Of a DNA stretch of 64,000 nt, positions 62,892 to 64,000 are shown in pieces (the stretch's first letter is position 1; every line of letters starts with the position of its first letter). The notes below the pieces were generated by a model, which saw nothing but the letters and a program-made list of their open reading frames with translations, was not told the DNA's origin and searched no databases. The DNA is taken from NCBI RefSeq assembly GCF_020745735.1, contig NC_083409.1:11649052-11713051 (forward strand), read 5' to 3'. The translations under genes and the position numbers were made by a program. This DNA is from Hemiscyllium ocellatum. Taxonomy: Eukaryota.

Positions 62892-64000
62892 TTAAAACAG
62901 CTTCCAAAGATTCAAAAATGTGAATCCTTCTCCATACACCAGCTCCTTAGCCATGCATTCATCTGCTCTATCCTACTATTCCTGCCCTCACTAGCTCATA
63001 GCACTGGGGGTAATTTAGATATTACTACTCTCGAGGATCTCCTTTTTAACTTCCTGCCTAACTCTCTGCAATCTACCTTCAGAATCTCAACCTTTTCCCT
63101 TCCTATGTCGTTGGTTCCAAAGTGTACAATGACCTCCTGCTGGTCCCTCTCCACCTTAAGAACATTTTGCACCCTCCCTGAGACATCCTTGATCCTGGCA
63201 CCAGGGAAGCAACACAACATTCTGGCTTTTCACTGCTGGCCACAGAAACATCTGTCTGTACCTCGGGCTAGAGAGTCCCCTAATACAGTCGATCATTTGG
63301 AACCCGACATACGTCCCATTACATTAGAGCCAGTGTCAATACCAGGAACTTGGCTGCTCATGCTAAGTACCCCTGAGTTTCCATGACTCCCTACATTTTC
63401 CAAAGCAGCATACTTGTTTGAAATGGGAATAGCCACAGAAGACACCTGCACCTCTCTGGCCTTTCCTGAAGTTATGGTAAGAGCCCATGGGATCCAAGGC
63501 ATTTTGGCAAATTGGATCCAAATATGAGGCAAAGAGTAATGGTGGAGGGTTGTCTTTGTGATTGGAAGCCTGTGACCAGTGGTGTAAGACAGGGATTGGG
63601 GCTGGGACCCTTGCTGTTTGTAATGTACATTAACAAATTGACTGTGATTGTATAATTCAAAAGTTTTCAGAGGCCACATAAATTGGTGGTGTTATTGATA
63701 TTGATTTGATTTTTATTTTAGTGTATTGTCACGTGTACTCGAGTGCAAAAGTATTGGAGTACAGTGAAAAGTATGTAACGTCACCTCACAAGGTGCCATC
63801 TTAGGTACAAGGACCTCAGTACAGAATCGTAAGAACAAGGTAGAAAGAAAGAATAAAGTTCAAAGTTACACGTTGCAGATCTTTTTAGTTTTAAGTAGAA
63901 AATGAAGAAATAAAGCTGAAAGTTCAAGCATTAAAGCCTTTCTTTAGAACTTAGCAACCATGGGATCATACTTTAAGTAATCATCTCGAGACCAGAAGTC

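Larger units (their letters stand above)
58860..63460 (-). mobile_element. Near full-length decayed CR1 LINE hosting a V-SINE and a younger CR1
   Basis: ORF1 (CCFPGARIKDV, 62996-63220), EN (MAITETWL, VGDFNFP), RT (60022-60276) and 3' end (59018-59461) are colinear. Confidence 0.85.

Overview
Eukaryotic, repeat-rich genomic DNA from a cartilaginous fish, inferred from the V-SINE/HE1-type SINEs, CR1 LINEs, Deu-SINE relics and Ig sequences. The only intact host gene is one unrearranged kappa-type (NS4/type III-like) Ig light-chain cluster on the minus strand: leader 46155-46203, V 45670-45968 with a 12-RSS, J 45160-45194 with a 23-RSS, and C 34921-35249. A second, orphan C exon (11712-12018) is a pseudogene with a stop and a 22-nt deletion; no V or J was found for it. 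It sits in a truncated direct paralog of the cluster's 3' half. Directly 3' of the functional C exon lies a ~19-kb nested quasi-palindrome: outer arms ~15.6-19.9 kb and ~30.6-34.3 kb, inner arms ~19.9-21.4 kb and ~23.6-24.9 kb. The rest is mostly decayed CR1, Penelope-like, Tx1 and SINE sequence, plus one young CR1 with a 511-codon open RT frame. The Penelope-like ends carry minimal hammerhead ribozyme motifs. Candidate B-cell regulatory modules occur at the V promoter, about 5 kb upstream of V (perfect PU.1/IRF composite) and just 3' of C. Identities and repeat boundaries were judged by eye and are approximate.
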